From NCBI GenBank assembly GCA_043228905.1, contig JBHGNT010000021.1:7874001-7938000 (forward strand): DNA of 64,000 bases, written 5' to 3'. Positions 9,712 through 21,872 of this stretch are shown in pieces. This DNA is from Azolla caroliniana. Lineage: Eukaryota > Plantae > Polypodiophyta. The translations under genes and the position numbers were made by a program. Each line of letters starts with the position of its first letter. Positions within the stretch are counted from its first letter, which is position 1. The notes under the pieces were generated by a model. The model did no database searches. It was not told the origin of the DNA and saw only the letters and a list, made by a program, of their open reading frames with translations.

Positions 9712-12700
9712 GTCCAGCCAAAATAGGAGTTGTTTGGTTGGACAGCCCTAGATCTGTGCAGCCCATTAGTGGTTCCATTCCCTCTAAGCAAGTTAGTGAT
9801 GTGTTCGTAGCCCAAGTAATAGTTAGTACTAAAAGTACCCCTCCAATACATGTCCTAGCACTCCTAGATTCCAGAGCTACCTCTTGCTTTATGGATAAGA
9901 AATTTTCTCAAGCTCATAAGATATCCCTAAGAAAACTCCAGTGTCCAGCCTCTGTAGTAGTCATTGATGGACGTCCCATTGCTTCCGGTAATATCATAGA
10001 AGAGTCAGAGCCCATTAATATTGTCCTAGATAACTTAGCATGTGTAGTATCATTTAATATTATTAGTATCCCAGAACATCCTATAGTTTTAGGATTACCG
10101 TGGTTCGAGTTACATAACCCAGACATAGATTGGAGAACAAGAGAAATCCGGTGTGGACAAACCCAAGGGTCAACTCAGAAGATGGCAACCATTTCGCTAC
10201 GTCAGTTGTGTATAGAAGGGCGCAAGGAGGAAATGTTCCTATTTGCAATATCAGTAAACCCCTCTAGCACCACTAAAGAAGAATCCACCGTTCAACTTCC
10301 TGAGAAGTATCGTCATTTCGCCGATGTGTTCGATAAAGTACAAGCCAACACACTTCCTCATCATCGACCGTACGATTGCCCCATCGATTTACAACCAAGA
10401 AAAGAGCCACCATGGGGACCGATCTACAATTTGTCACCAACCGAGCTGGAAGTCCTTCGGGCCTATATAGAGGAGAATTTGGAAAATGGTTTCATTCGGC
10501 ATTCGAAATCTCCAGCCGGCGCACCCATTCTCTTCGTCAAGAAAAAAGATGGATCGCTTCATCTCGTTGTAGATTACCGTGGCTTGAATAAGGTTACAAT
10601 CAGGAAAAGGTATGCTCTTCCCCTTATCTCAAGTCTTTTAGAACGGATCAATGGTGCCAGGTTCTTCACGAAGATCGACTTACGGGGAGCATATAACCTC
10701 GTACAGATCCGACCAGGAGACGAATGGAAGACCGCATTTCGCACCAGATATGGGCACTTCGAGTATACGGTCATGCCGTTCGGCCTCACTAATGCGCGGG
10801 CAATCTTCCAGCACATGGCTAATGATATATTCCGAGATCTATTGGATGATTGTTTGATTATCTATTTGGATGATCTACTGGTTTAATCAAAGAACCAAGA
10901 AGAACATGATTCTCATGTACTATTAGTACTAAAACGACTTTGAGAACATGGTCTGTATGCAAAGTTGGAAAAATGTAGTTTCGGGTGCAACCAAGTGGAA
11001 TTTCTCGGCTACATCATTTCGTTAGAAGGCATCTCCATGGACCTAGCTAAGGTCAGAACGGTGGTAGAATGGAAGACTCCGCGTTCGATGCGGGATGTGC
11101 AATGCTTCCTAGGCTTTGCCAATTTTTACCGGAAGTTCATACAAGATTACTCAAAGATCGTTCTACCTCTCGCACAACTTACCAGGAAGGGACAACCGTT
11201 CATCTTGTCTGAAGAAATGGACATGGCTTTCGAGAGTCTTAAAAAGGCATTTACATCGGCTCCAATTCTAGCTCATGTCGATCCGGAAAAACCATTCATT
11301 ATCGAAGCTGACGCATCGGATTTTGCATTGGGGAGCATTCTGTCACAACAGGGGAATGATGAGAAGCTACATCCTGTGGCTTTTCACTCACGCAAGTTTG
11401 ACGCCACCGAAATCAACTACGAAATTCATGATAAGGAGCTATTGGCAATAGTGGATTCTTTTATGCAATGGAGGCATTTTCTGGAGGGATCCTCTCATCC
11501 AGTCACCGTATTTAGTGACCACAAGAATCTTGCCTACTTTCAGGATGCTCGAGTATTGAATCGACGTTAAGCTCGGTGGGCCCACTTCCTCACGCGTTTC
11601 GACTTCAAAATTACATATCGCCCGGGGAGGCACCAAGGGAAGACAAATGCATTATCACGGCATTCCTATCTAGCACCCCGTCCTGGCGAGCCAACTTTCG
11701 ATAACCAAAAACAAGTCATCTTGGGACCGGCACGACTACAAGCAACACATATCTTTGACATGCCTATGGATTCCCGCGTTATCGATATGATACGTGAAGA
11801 CTTGAAGACAGATGCGTTCGCCCAAGCTATACTAGCACAAATTGATCCCTCGCGAGCGTCATGTTCACAGTCACAACCACCAGGTACGGACTATCGGCAA
11901 TTCAAATACCATGATGGATTACTCTTCTTTAAAGAACTTTTGTATGTTCCTAATGGTTCTTGCCGCCTTCGAGTAGGACAAAACTGTCATGACACATATA
12001 CAGCTGGGCATTTTGGTAGTACTAAAACATTACATTTAGTACAACGATCATTCTGGTGGCCCTGTATGCGACAACTTGTCGAGGATTTTGTTCGGACTTG
12101 TGATACATGTTGCAGAGCGAAAATGCCAAGGCATCATCCATATGGTTTATTAGAACCATTACCAATTCCAAGCAAGCCATGGCAATCCATTGCTCTAGAC
12201 TTCATCACAGATCTTCCAGTCTCTAAGGGGTTCAATGCGATTCTAACGGTGGTCGATCGATATACGAATATGGCTCATTTCTTGCCATGTACTAAGGAGA
12301 TCTCCAGTGAAGATACTGTTGAAATTGTCATACGTGAAGTATGTCGGCATCATGGACTTCCCGATAGTATCATCAGCGACCGTGGACCCCAGTTCGTGTC
12401 AAAATTCTGGAAGCACCTTTTTAACATGCTCAAGGTCACTTGTAACCTCTCCTCCGGCTACCACCCACAAACCGACGGCCAAGTTGAACGAACAAATCAA
12501 ACGCTGGAGCAGTATCTGCAGTGCTTTCTCAGCTATCATCAGGATGACTGGGCAGATATTCTCCACTTCGCCGAATTTGCCTATAACAACTCTATCCACG
12601 CATCCACCAAAGTTACACCATTTTATGCTTATACGGGATGTCACCCCCGGTGGAGTGTACTTGAAACCCTAGAGGTGTCCATAAATCCGTGCGCGAAGGA

Positions 12701-13295
12701 TCGTTTGGAGCGGTTACGCAAGATACAAACGGATTTATCTACTCATCTCCAGCAAGCTCAACAAACACACAAGGTCTACGCGGATCGTCATCGACTTCCA
12801 TCCAGTTTTAATATTGGAGATCGGGTGTGGCTGCTACGACGACACATCAAGACTACTCGCCCATGTGAGAAGTTGGATTATCAGCGATTAGGTCCTTTCC
12901 GTATTATTAGACATATTAATGATGTCGCTTTTCGTCTCGATCTACCTCCTCAACTTCGGATACATCCGGTTTTTCATAGTTCTCTCCTCGAACCCTACCA
13001 CGAGAGCACCATCCTAGGACGTCTTATCCAACCTCCACCCCCGATCGAGCTTGAAGATGGGCCGGAGTACGAGGTTGCCACCATCCTTGATTCCAAGATT
13101 GTTCGCAACAAGCTCTACTATCTAGTCGATTGGCTAGGCTATAGTCCTAGCGAACGTACTTGGGAACTAATCGAGAATGTGATCAATGCTCGTGCTCTTC
13201 TTGAAGACTTCCATCGTCAATATCCACACAAACCGGGTCCTCAATCCAAGACGACTCGTGACACTCGTCGTTTTAAAGGGGGGATAGTGTCATGA
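9699..13295 (+). pseudogene. pol: Chromovirus pol (PR-RT-RNase H-INT-chromodomain) in the -1 frame, with a few premature stops
   Basis: LLDS, KIDLRGAY, YLDD, EADASD, HFG..C..C, SDRG, GQVERTN; C-terminal EYEVATILDSK..YYLVDWLGY..TWE chromodomain. Confidence 0.95.
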
Positions 13296-13729
13296 TATGG
13301 CAAGACTCGAACCCATGACCTTAGGTTATATGGGTTGAGCTCTTGACCATTAGATCATCTATTGTAATACGTAGGATATTATTTTCATTTACATTTTATT
13401 ATAGGAAATTAGTGTATATTCCAAATTTCTTTGGAACATTCTAGAAGCTTCAGGATTACTCCTGAAAACACTATAAAAGAGGGCACTAAGCATTATGTTG
13501 AACCAAATTGGTTCAACGCCAGTCTTAAGCCTTTTAGCCACCATTGTATATTCTCTTCATATAATACATATCTTTCTTATCATCACTCTCTCTCTCTCTC
13601 TCTCTCGATCTCTCTCTTTCTCTCCGTCTCGCTCACTTCTTCCTTCTCTCGAAGAAGTTCTACACCTCTCATAGTACTAATCCTTCGTTTAGTACTAATT
13701 CCTTCTCTGTCTCAGTACTGTTCCTGACA
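13288..13729 (+). repeat. 3' LTR of chromovirus
   Basis: Direct repeat of 8048-8485, preceded by PPT aaaggggggatag. Confidence 0.97.
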
Positions 13730-15864
13730 CCCAGTCGGTGAGCGTCTTGTCCTCCATGTAGATAATATCTCGACTCCGGAATACCTTCTTGTCGGCCAGG
13801 TCCCACACTCGGTAGCCGAACTCGTCGTCGTCGTAACCGAGGAATATGCATGGCCAGGTCTTCGGATCTAATTTTCCTCTCCGGTCCTTAGCTACATCCA
13901 CATACACAAGACACCCGAATACCTTTAGATGCCAGTAGGACACTTCCTTACTGGTCCAGAATCTTTGTGGTGTGTCTCCGTCCAAGGGTACTGAGGGTGA
14001 TCTGTTTATCACATATGTCGTCATCAACAGTGCCTCAGCCCAAAACTTCTTGGGTATTTTTGCATGCGCCAGCATATTCCGGACCCTCTCCATTATGGTC
14101 TGGTTCATCTTATCGGCCAGCCCGTTTAGTTCCGGCATCATCGGCACGGTAAATTCGACTCGGATACCCTTCGAGCGGTAGTACTCCTCAAACTGTCCCT
14201 GGTATTCTCCTCCGTTATCTGCTCGAACCGCCTTGAGCTTCCGGTCGGTTTCTCTTTCCACTCTCGCGTGGAGTTCTTTGAGGACGGATAGCACCTGATC
14301 CTTCGTCTTCAACAGTGTGGCCCACAGATTTCGGCTGAGGTCATCTATGAACATCACGAAGTACTACGATCCAGCATGTGACTTCGTGTCCACTTGACAC
14401 ACATCAGTATGCACCAACTCCAGTGGTGTGTTACGTCTCATCAGTGGCCTTGATCAGAAGGAGGTCCGGTTTTGCGTACCAACTAGGCAGTCAGTGCACC
14501 TCTCAAGATGCGCATCCTTCACCGGAATGAGGTTGCACCTGGCACAGTCTCTTGTGCCATAGCTCACTGGCAGTGTCGGAAGCCACGTTCACTTCTTCCG
14601 GGCATAACCGGGCATTCATCAGGTACAACGTGTTGACCTTCCGGGCCCGAGCCACTATCAGGCTCCCTTTGCTTAATTTCATGACTCCGTTCCGGATGTT
14701 ACCCATGTAGCCTTCATCATCTAGCCGACCGGCTGATATCAGGTTTAGTCGAACCTCCAGAACATGTCGGACATCCTTCAGCAGCAGCTTCCATCCGGTT
14801 GGTGTTGTCAACCACACGTCTCCTATGCCGACAATTCGGCATGTACCTTCATTCCCCATCCGGACACATCCGTCATCATTGGCTGAGTAGGATGAGAAGC
14901 ATTTCCGGTCCGGGGTAAGTTGGAACGACGCTCCAGAATCGACAACCCACGTTGTCTCGTCGCCGGCAAGGTTCAACTCACTCTCCTTGGTGATGAGCAT
15001 CAACTCTTCTTCACTTGCCGCTATTGTCGTCATTCCCTTCCGGTCTGGCCCCCTTCGGTCTTTACTGTTCTGGTCCAGTGTCCGCTTCGAATCGGTACCG
15101 TCGGTTTCCTTGTCTTTTCGGAAGTGCCGATAGTTCTTTTGGAAGTAACCCGGCTTGCCGCAATAGAAGCAAGTAGGCCTCCCCCTTGACTTTGACCGTG
15201 TCCCCGACTTTTCCCGGTTTTAGGGGCTACGGTTCCTTTGTCTTCCGCGTTCCGATTCGGTAAGGAGGGCTTTGGAGTCAAAGCTCGTATCCTTATCTTT
15301 CCGACACGCCTCCTCATCTAGCAAGCTCGACTTCACTCTTGCTAGGGATAACCGTTTCCCTTCCGGCCCGGCGTTGCCCAAGGTGACAACCAACGTCTCA
15401 CAGCTATCTGGGAGGGAACCGAGCAGGAGTAGTGCTAGTACCTCATCGGCGAGAGGTACTTCCAATTATGTTGCCTAGTGTATCAGCCCCTGGAAGGCAT
15501 TCATGTGCTCTGCCATGCTGGAGCGATCTTGGTACCGGAGTCTTACTAGCTTCCAAAATACCGAAACCTGATTAACAGCATTTTTGTTTTGAAACATAAT
15601 GTTGATATTCTCCTAGAGCTCATGAGCCTTGCGCTCTTCAATGAAGTTGTTGTATAGACTCATGTCGATGAAGCACCGTATGTACGCAGTTGTCTTCATG
15701 TGCATCACCTCCCATATCGTGGCATCGATTTTGTCCGGTCTCTTGTCCCCGAACTGAACCGGCAACCAAAGATCTTTAACCACAAGCATGTCCCTCATCT
15801 TCGACTTCCACACTGAGTAATTGTAGTCGATGAGCTTGAGCATGCCTCCCAACGAATCGTCCAT
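13730..15864 (-). pseudogene. gag-pol: Copia B gag-protease-integrase
   Basis: NYSVWKSKM, WVVDSGAS, ADNGGEY, CIFLGY in minus-strand ORF fragments. Confidence 0.9.
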
Positions 15865-15880
15865 TTTTCTGTGTCGTTTC

Positions 15881-15892
15881 GCTCTGATACCA
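15881..15892 (-). promoter_or_regulatory. PBS (tRNA-iMet) of Copia B
   Basis: Reverse complement reads TGGTATCAGAGC. Confidence 0.92.
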
Positions 15893-15894
15893 CT

Positions 15895-16511
15895 TGCTAG
15901 GATACTTGTCTCCAACTATGCTCGGCCGCAACCGAGACATCGGATCAATCACAGAAAAACAGGGATGTGGAGAGATGTATCTACGCACAAATAGTAAAGA
16001 AGAGAGTGCACAGGATGTTAACGTGGAAAACCCAAATATGAGAAAAAACCACGGCAGCCCTCAGACTGCAAAATATCACTATATCAAGATTACAACAATG
16101 GGGCACAGAGGCAACGACCTCTTGCTCCCTCGCTTCGCCACCAGGTAGTTACAACAGAGGCAACAACCTCTGTATATCTCTCTCTCTACCTCTCCTACAC
16201 ACTGTACAGAAGTTACACACACAAAAAATAACTCTATCATCATCATCATAAATTTGCGCTAGGTCATATTTATACTAATATGACTTTCGGGCTATTTACA
16301 AATATAGCCCCAGTGGGCTCTCTGGAACATATTTACATATATGTCCCTTCCATCCAATGAGAGGTTCTCACCGGGCCTGCAAAATCCGGTTCTCACCGGG
16401 TCTTCCGTTGCCAGGTACTCCACATCTGGTTCTCACCGAGTTTTCCGTTGCCGAGTTGCTCATCAACACTGTTCTTCTCACTTCCCATCTGGAGGGACCT
16501 ATTTCCTAACA
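15895..16511 (-). repeat. 5' LTR of Copia B
   Basis: TG...CA, 617 bp, followed by AAAAC where Copia A resumes. Confidence 0.92.
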
Positions 16512-18433
16512 AAAACCAAACGCTAGCCGGTAACAGGATGACACTCGACGAACCGGCCGGATATGGACAAGAAACCGAACCGACCGAAGAAGAAGAAGAC
16601 ATCGGAACTGGACAAGATCCCGAATTGGATGAGGATGAGGAACAAATGGAGGAACCAGCAGGCAGAAACCAGGGATGGAGATATCCTCTCTGAGAGAGAA
16701 GAGCCCCCCGGAGATTTCCGAATGCAAAGCATGTAGTTGCTAACCGATGAGAAACCGGATATGGACAAGAAACCGAACCGACCGAAGAAGAAGAAGACAT
16801 CGGAACTGGACAAGATCCCGAATCGGATGAGGATGAGGAACAAATGGAGGAACCAGCAGGCAGAAACCAGGGATGGAGATATCCTCTCTGAGAGAGAAGA
16901 GCCCCCCGGAGATTTCCGAATGCAAAGCATGTAGTTGCTAACCGATGAGGGGGAGCCGGAAAGCTTCGATGAAGCAAAGAGAGACACCCACAGCCGCAAG
17001 TGGTTGAGTGCCATGCAGGATGAGATGGATTCCCTGCATGAGAACCACACATATGAACTGATGGAGTTGCCGAAAGGGAAGAGAGAACTCCGGAACAAGT
17101 TGAAGCCGGGAGATGCCAAAAGAAAGGAGTGGATTTCGATGAGATCTTTGCCCTGGTAGTAAAGATGGCATCCATCCGGACGATATTGGGCATAACGGCA
17201 AGCATGGACCTCGAGGTAGAGCAATTGGATGTCAAGACGGCATTCCTACATGGCAACCTCCAAGAAAAGATCTACATGCATTAACCGGAAGGATTTGAAA
17301 GGAAAGGGAAGGAGCACCTGGTGTGCCGGCTGAAGAAGAGGCTATACAGACGAAAGCAAGCTCCCCGGCAATGGTACCGGAAGTTCGACTCCTTCATGAC
17401 CGACCAAGGGTACCACAAGACGCAGGCTGATCATTGCGTGTTTATGAAGAAATTTGATGGAGGAGATTTCCTGATACTCCTCCTGTATGTGGATGATACG
17501 CTGATCATCGGACGAGACCAAGGAAAAATTCGGATGCTGAAGAAGGCTCTGAAACGGACCTTCTCAATGAAAGACTTGGGGCCATCAAGACAGATATTGG
17601 GAATGCACATCATCCGGGACCGGTCGAAGAAGTTGTTGTGGTTGTCACAGGAGAAGTATGTGACAAAGGTGCTTCAACGGTTCAACATGTCAAAGACGAA
17701 AATGGTCGGATCGACACTTTCGGCAAACTGCAAGCTATCCGGAAAACAAAGCCCGAGGACAAAGGTAGAGAAGACAGATATGATGAAGATACTATATGCA
17801 TCTGCTGTCGGGAGCTTGATGTACACGATGGTATGTACCCATCGGGATATCGGATATGCAATCGGAGTGGTGAGCCGGTTCATGAGCAATCCCGGAAGAG
17901 AGCACTGGAATGCGGTCAAGTGGATACTCCAGTATCTGAAAGGCACCTCAAGTATGTGCCTCCGATTTGGCTCCAGAAAACCCCAACTCAATGGTTTCAC
18001 GGATTTAGATATGTCAATTGATGTAGATACTAGCCGGTCGACATCCGGATATGTCATGACTTATGCAGGGGGGTTGTTTCGTGGCAGTCGAGGCTGCAGA
18101 AGACGGTTGCATTGTCAACCACAGAGGTGGAGTACATGGCAATTGTAGAAGCCAGCAAGGAGATAATCTGGATGAAGGACTTCATCAGAGAGCTAGGGAT
18201 CCAACAGGAGGAATACCGGCTCTACTGTGACAGTCAAAGTGCCATCCACCTTGCAAAGAACACGGCCTACCATTCCCAAACGAAACATATCCAGCGGAGG
18301 TACCACTAGATCTGGGAGAAAGTAGAAGATCAAGAGTTCGTGCTGACGAAGATCAACAGGGAGGAGAACGACCGACAAGCTGGACACGTGCCAAGAGCGG
18401 ATCGGGCTGACGAGACATCCCATGCCGAAGTAA
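16512..18433 (+). pseudogene. pol: Copia A INT-RT linker, RT and RNase H
   Basis: LLLYVDD, RSTSGY, STTEVEY, YCDSQSAI; ends with the PPT at about 18432-18442. Confidence 0.9.
16557..16949 (+). repeat. Tandem duplication (2 x 195 bp, period 198)
   Basis: 16557-16751 is nearly identical to 16755-16949. Confidence 0.9.
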
Positions 18434-18443
18434 AGGGGGAGAT

Positions 18444-18976
18444 TGTTGGGAAATCGGTCTCTGCAGATGGGAACCGGTGATGAATAAAGAGGACCCGATG
18501 AGAACCGGAAGACATCCAGAAACCGGAGGAGACCTAGTGAGAACCAGAAGAGAAGACATATCTGTAAATATGTTTTGAGTAAGCTTATTGAGGCTATATT
18601 TGTAAATAGCCCTAACTTCATATAAGTATGAATATGACTTAGGGAAATCACTTTGTATGGTTGTTGTTATTATTTTAATATTGTGATATAGAGAGAGCGA
18701 CAGAGGGAGACAGAGATACAAAGTGAGTGATACTCTGTTGTAACCACCACCTGGCAAAGAAACCTAGCTCGAGGTCGTTGCCTACGAGGCTCTGATTGTA
18801 CCCCTTTCTTCATAGTGATAGTTCGGAGTCTGTGGGCTCCTGTGGTTTTTCCCATTTAGGGTTTTTCACGTAAACATCTTGTGTTCACTCTTTAGTTCCC
18901 ATCTCTGTGTTCTCCATTCTCATAGAAGTATTCAAGATTCGTTTGCGACCGAGCAATATTTCGCGTTTTTCTCATC
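18444..18976 (+). repeat. 3' LTR of Copia A
   Basis: Starts tgttggg after the PPT; 3' part matches 3135-3486. Confidence 0.9.
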
Positions 18977-20228
18977 CTTGGGAACTCTGATACCGGCCTC
19001 TTCCCCGGTTGTGGTCATCTTCCGTGACCAAGGCCTTCGGATCAGTTCCGGACTATCGGTCCTTCCGGAGAGCTTCTTCATCTAGCAAGCTTGATTTTAC
19101 CCTTGCTAGGGACAACTGTTTTCCTTCCGGCCCGGCGTTGCCCAATGTGACAACTAGTGTCTCCCAACTATCTGGGAGGGAACCGAGCAGGAGTAATGCT
19201 AGTACCTCATCGGCAAGAGGTACTTCCAACGAGGTTGCCTGGTGGATCAGTCCCTAGAAAGCATTCATGTGCTCCGCCATACTGGATTCGTCTTGGTACC
19301 GAAGCCTCACTAGCTTCCGGAATACCGAAACCCAATTAATGGCATTCTTGTTCTGGAACATGATGTCGATCTTCTCCCAGAGTTCATGAGCCTTGCTCTC
19401 TTCATTTAAGTTGTTGTACAAGCTCATGTCGATAAAACACCGGATGTATGTCGTCGTCTTCATGTGCATCACCTCCCACACTGTGGCATCGATCTTATCC
19501 GGTCTCTTGTCCCCGAACTGAACCGGCAACCAAAGATCTTTAACCACCAGCATATCCCTCATCTTCAACTTCCACACTGAGTAGTTGGAGCCAGTCAGCT
19601 TGAACATGCCGTCGAACGATTCTTCCATTTCCTTTGTTGTTCACTCTGATACCAGATTGAGGGGTATGGCACGGAATACTACTCAGACAAAACCGAGTCT
19701 TAGGTCACTTCGTTTAAGGATCAAACACAGAAATGGGAATAGAGATGAATACTTGTACACCAAAAGAAAGTACACGTGATGTTAATGTGGAAAACCCTAA
19801 TAGGGAAAAACCACAGGAGCCCACAGACTCCAAACTATCACTATATGAGAAAGGTGCAATCAGAGACTCGGAGGCAACGACCTCGAGCTCGGTTTCTTCA
19901 CCAAGTGGCAGTTACAACAGAGTATCGCTCTGTATCTCCTCTCTCTCTCTCTCTATCGCTCTCTGTACAACAATTACAACAATATGAACAACCACACTCT
20001 CTCTATCACACTCTGCTAAAGTGATTGCCCTAAGTCATATTTATACTTCTATGAACTTAGGGCTATTTACAAATATAGTCTCAATAGACTTTCTCAAAAC
20101 ATATTTACAGATATGTCTTCTCTTCCGGTTTTCACCGGCTCTCCTCCGGTTTCCAAATCTCTTCTAGTTCTCACCATGTCCTCTTCATTCATCATCGGAT
20201 CCCATCTGGAGGGACTGATTTCCCAACA
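18977..20228 (-). mobile_element. Copia element C, 5' part (gag 19628-18977, PBS 19643-19654, 5' LTR 19658-20228)
   Basis: MEESFDGMFKLTGSNYSVWK gag start, PBS TGGTATCAGAGT, TG...CA LTR of the same family. Confidence 0.9.
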
Positions 20229-21619
20229 GAAGTGGTAGTTGAAGGGCCAATTGGTTGGAAAACCATTGACGAACTGGCCAACATGATAATGCTTGGTACC
20301 ACATCAATGATAGGAGAGGCATGCACTAGTTCATATCAAAAGATGTCTTGGTGGTTGTTCGGGTATCACTTTTGTACCATTGCTAATGGGTGGGATCTCT
20401 GCTAAATTTTTAATCCTCCTCATCTTTTCTAGGTTGACGAGACTTAATAGTAAATAGTAACTAACAAGTCATCCATCAAAGGGCTACCCTTCTTGTTCAT
20501 GAACCGTGTGGATGTAGATATAGATTCTATAAGTCTTGTTGCTCCTCCACATATAGATTATGGCATTCCCAAAAAAAGTCTGTTAACACAGTGTGGTTTA
20601 ACCAAAATTAAACCCCAAAATTAAATAACTTAAATAGATTAAATGGTTTAGGGTTAGGATATTTTTGTAATAATTATTAAATGTGAATTAACTTTATAAA
20701 GCTCTAGTCAAGAACTTAAGGCTTATAGCCTGTTTAATACATTCTAATTTTTTCTCTTTTCTCAATTTAGGATTTAGGAGTTAAGAGTTTCATGTCTAGG
20801 TTTAGGGTTTAGGGTTTGAACTTTGAACATTGTAGTCTCATAGTTTCATCATTCATGTTTATTACATGAACTTTTTGTATTTTCAAAATCTTCAAGTTTA
20901 GATGAATTTGAGTACTTTTTATGCTCCATATTTCGTTAGCGATTTAAACTTCAAATTATTTGAGAAATTGGTGTTTCATCAATATAAAGTCTCTAATTGG
21001 TTTCTTGATCAAAAGTTGAAAGGATTTATGCCCGGGTTCATATATCAAAGTAAACCCTAATCTTGGCTCAGAAAGTCAAAGCAGGAAGTGGCCGAATGAA
21101 AAAAATGTTTGATTTCAGTAAATCCGCTTTCAAAAGGGAGATTCAAATCGTATCTCATCCCTTAATGCCAAAGTATACTTCGTTTCAAATGGTTTGCTAA
21201 AAATAAGATTTAAGTGCTTGAATATTTGAGCCTATTTTCATCGAGAATTTGGTGTGCACTAAAACTAAAACTAAACCATGAAGCCGCGACTAAACAGCTA
21301 AGTGGCTTAATAGTTTGGAAATTTGTTGAACCATTTGGTTTGAGCTTAGAAATCCCTATAACAATTTTTGTTTCCATGGTTTTAGATTAAACAATTTCAA
21401 TTAAAGGGGTTTTGTGGTTTGATTTGGTTCGGTTTGGGTTTAAATTATTTTTTAAATGTTGGTTTCGAGTTTGATACTCCCGAACTGTCACTAATTGTTA
21501 GCACTACCTTTGATTACATTGAGTCTTGTCTATGTTATCTGCACATCTTCGACTAAACCCAATCCTTATAGAAATTTTGCTCACATTCACAATGTGCACT
21601 TTGGATTGCGTCGCTCATT

Positions 21620-21872
21620 AGTAAAGTTCTTGAACATTGAGAGTCGCTACTCATTTTCACATGAATTATGTGAAAATGTTATATTTTTTGTCTCACAAGT
21701 CATATTTGAACTTTGAAGACAATAACAAAATCTATCTATCTATCTTTTCTCACAAAGTTCTTAAACATAGAGAGCCGCTACTCACTTTCACATGTATTAC
21801 ATGAAAGTGTTTTTTTTTTTGTCTTATAATGTATTTGACCTCTGAAAAAGATAATAAAATTTATCTATCTAT
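21620..21872. repeat. Degenerate ~130-bp tandem duplication
   Basis: aaagttctt..agag.cgctactca...tctatctatcta occurs twice. Confidence 0.65.

Larger units (their letters stand above)
8048..13729 (+). mobile_element. Full-length Ty3/Gypsy chromovirus (Tcn1-like), TSD CCCAG
   Basis: LTRs 8048-8485 and 13288-13729 (about 6 substitutions plus a CT-repeat indel); CCCAG at 8043-8047 and 13730-13734; gag, PR-RT-RH-INT-chromodomain; PPT 13275-13287. Confidence 0.97.
5761..16511 (-). mobile_element. Ty1/Copia element B (same family as A), degenerate, interrupted by a chromovirus
   Basis: LTR pair 5761-6358 / 15895-16511, PBS 15881-15892, PPT about 6359-6370, pol fragments on the minus strand. Confidence 0.92.
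3135..18976 (+). mobile_element. Ty1/Copia element A (Tto1/Tnt1-like), degenerate, interrupted by Copia B
   Basis: Partial 5' LTR, PBS, gag-PR-INT, then RT-RH after 16512, PPT and a 3' LTR matching the 5' LTR. Confidence 0.9.

Noticed and set aside
16393-17256. 287-aa and 233-aa minus-strand ORFs with an internal repeat
   Set aside because: Antisense shadows of Copia A pol plus the 198-bp duplication.
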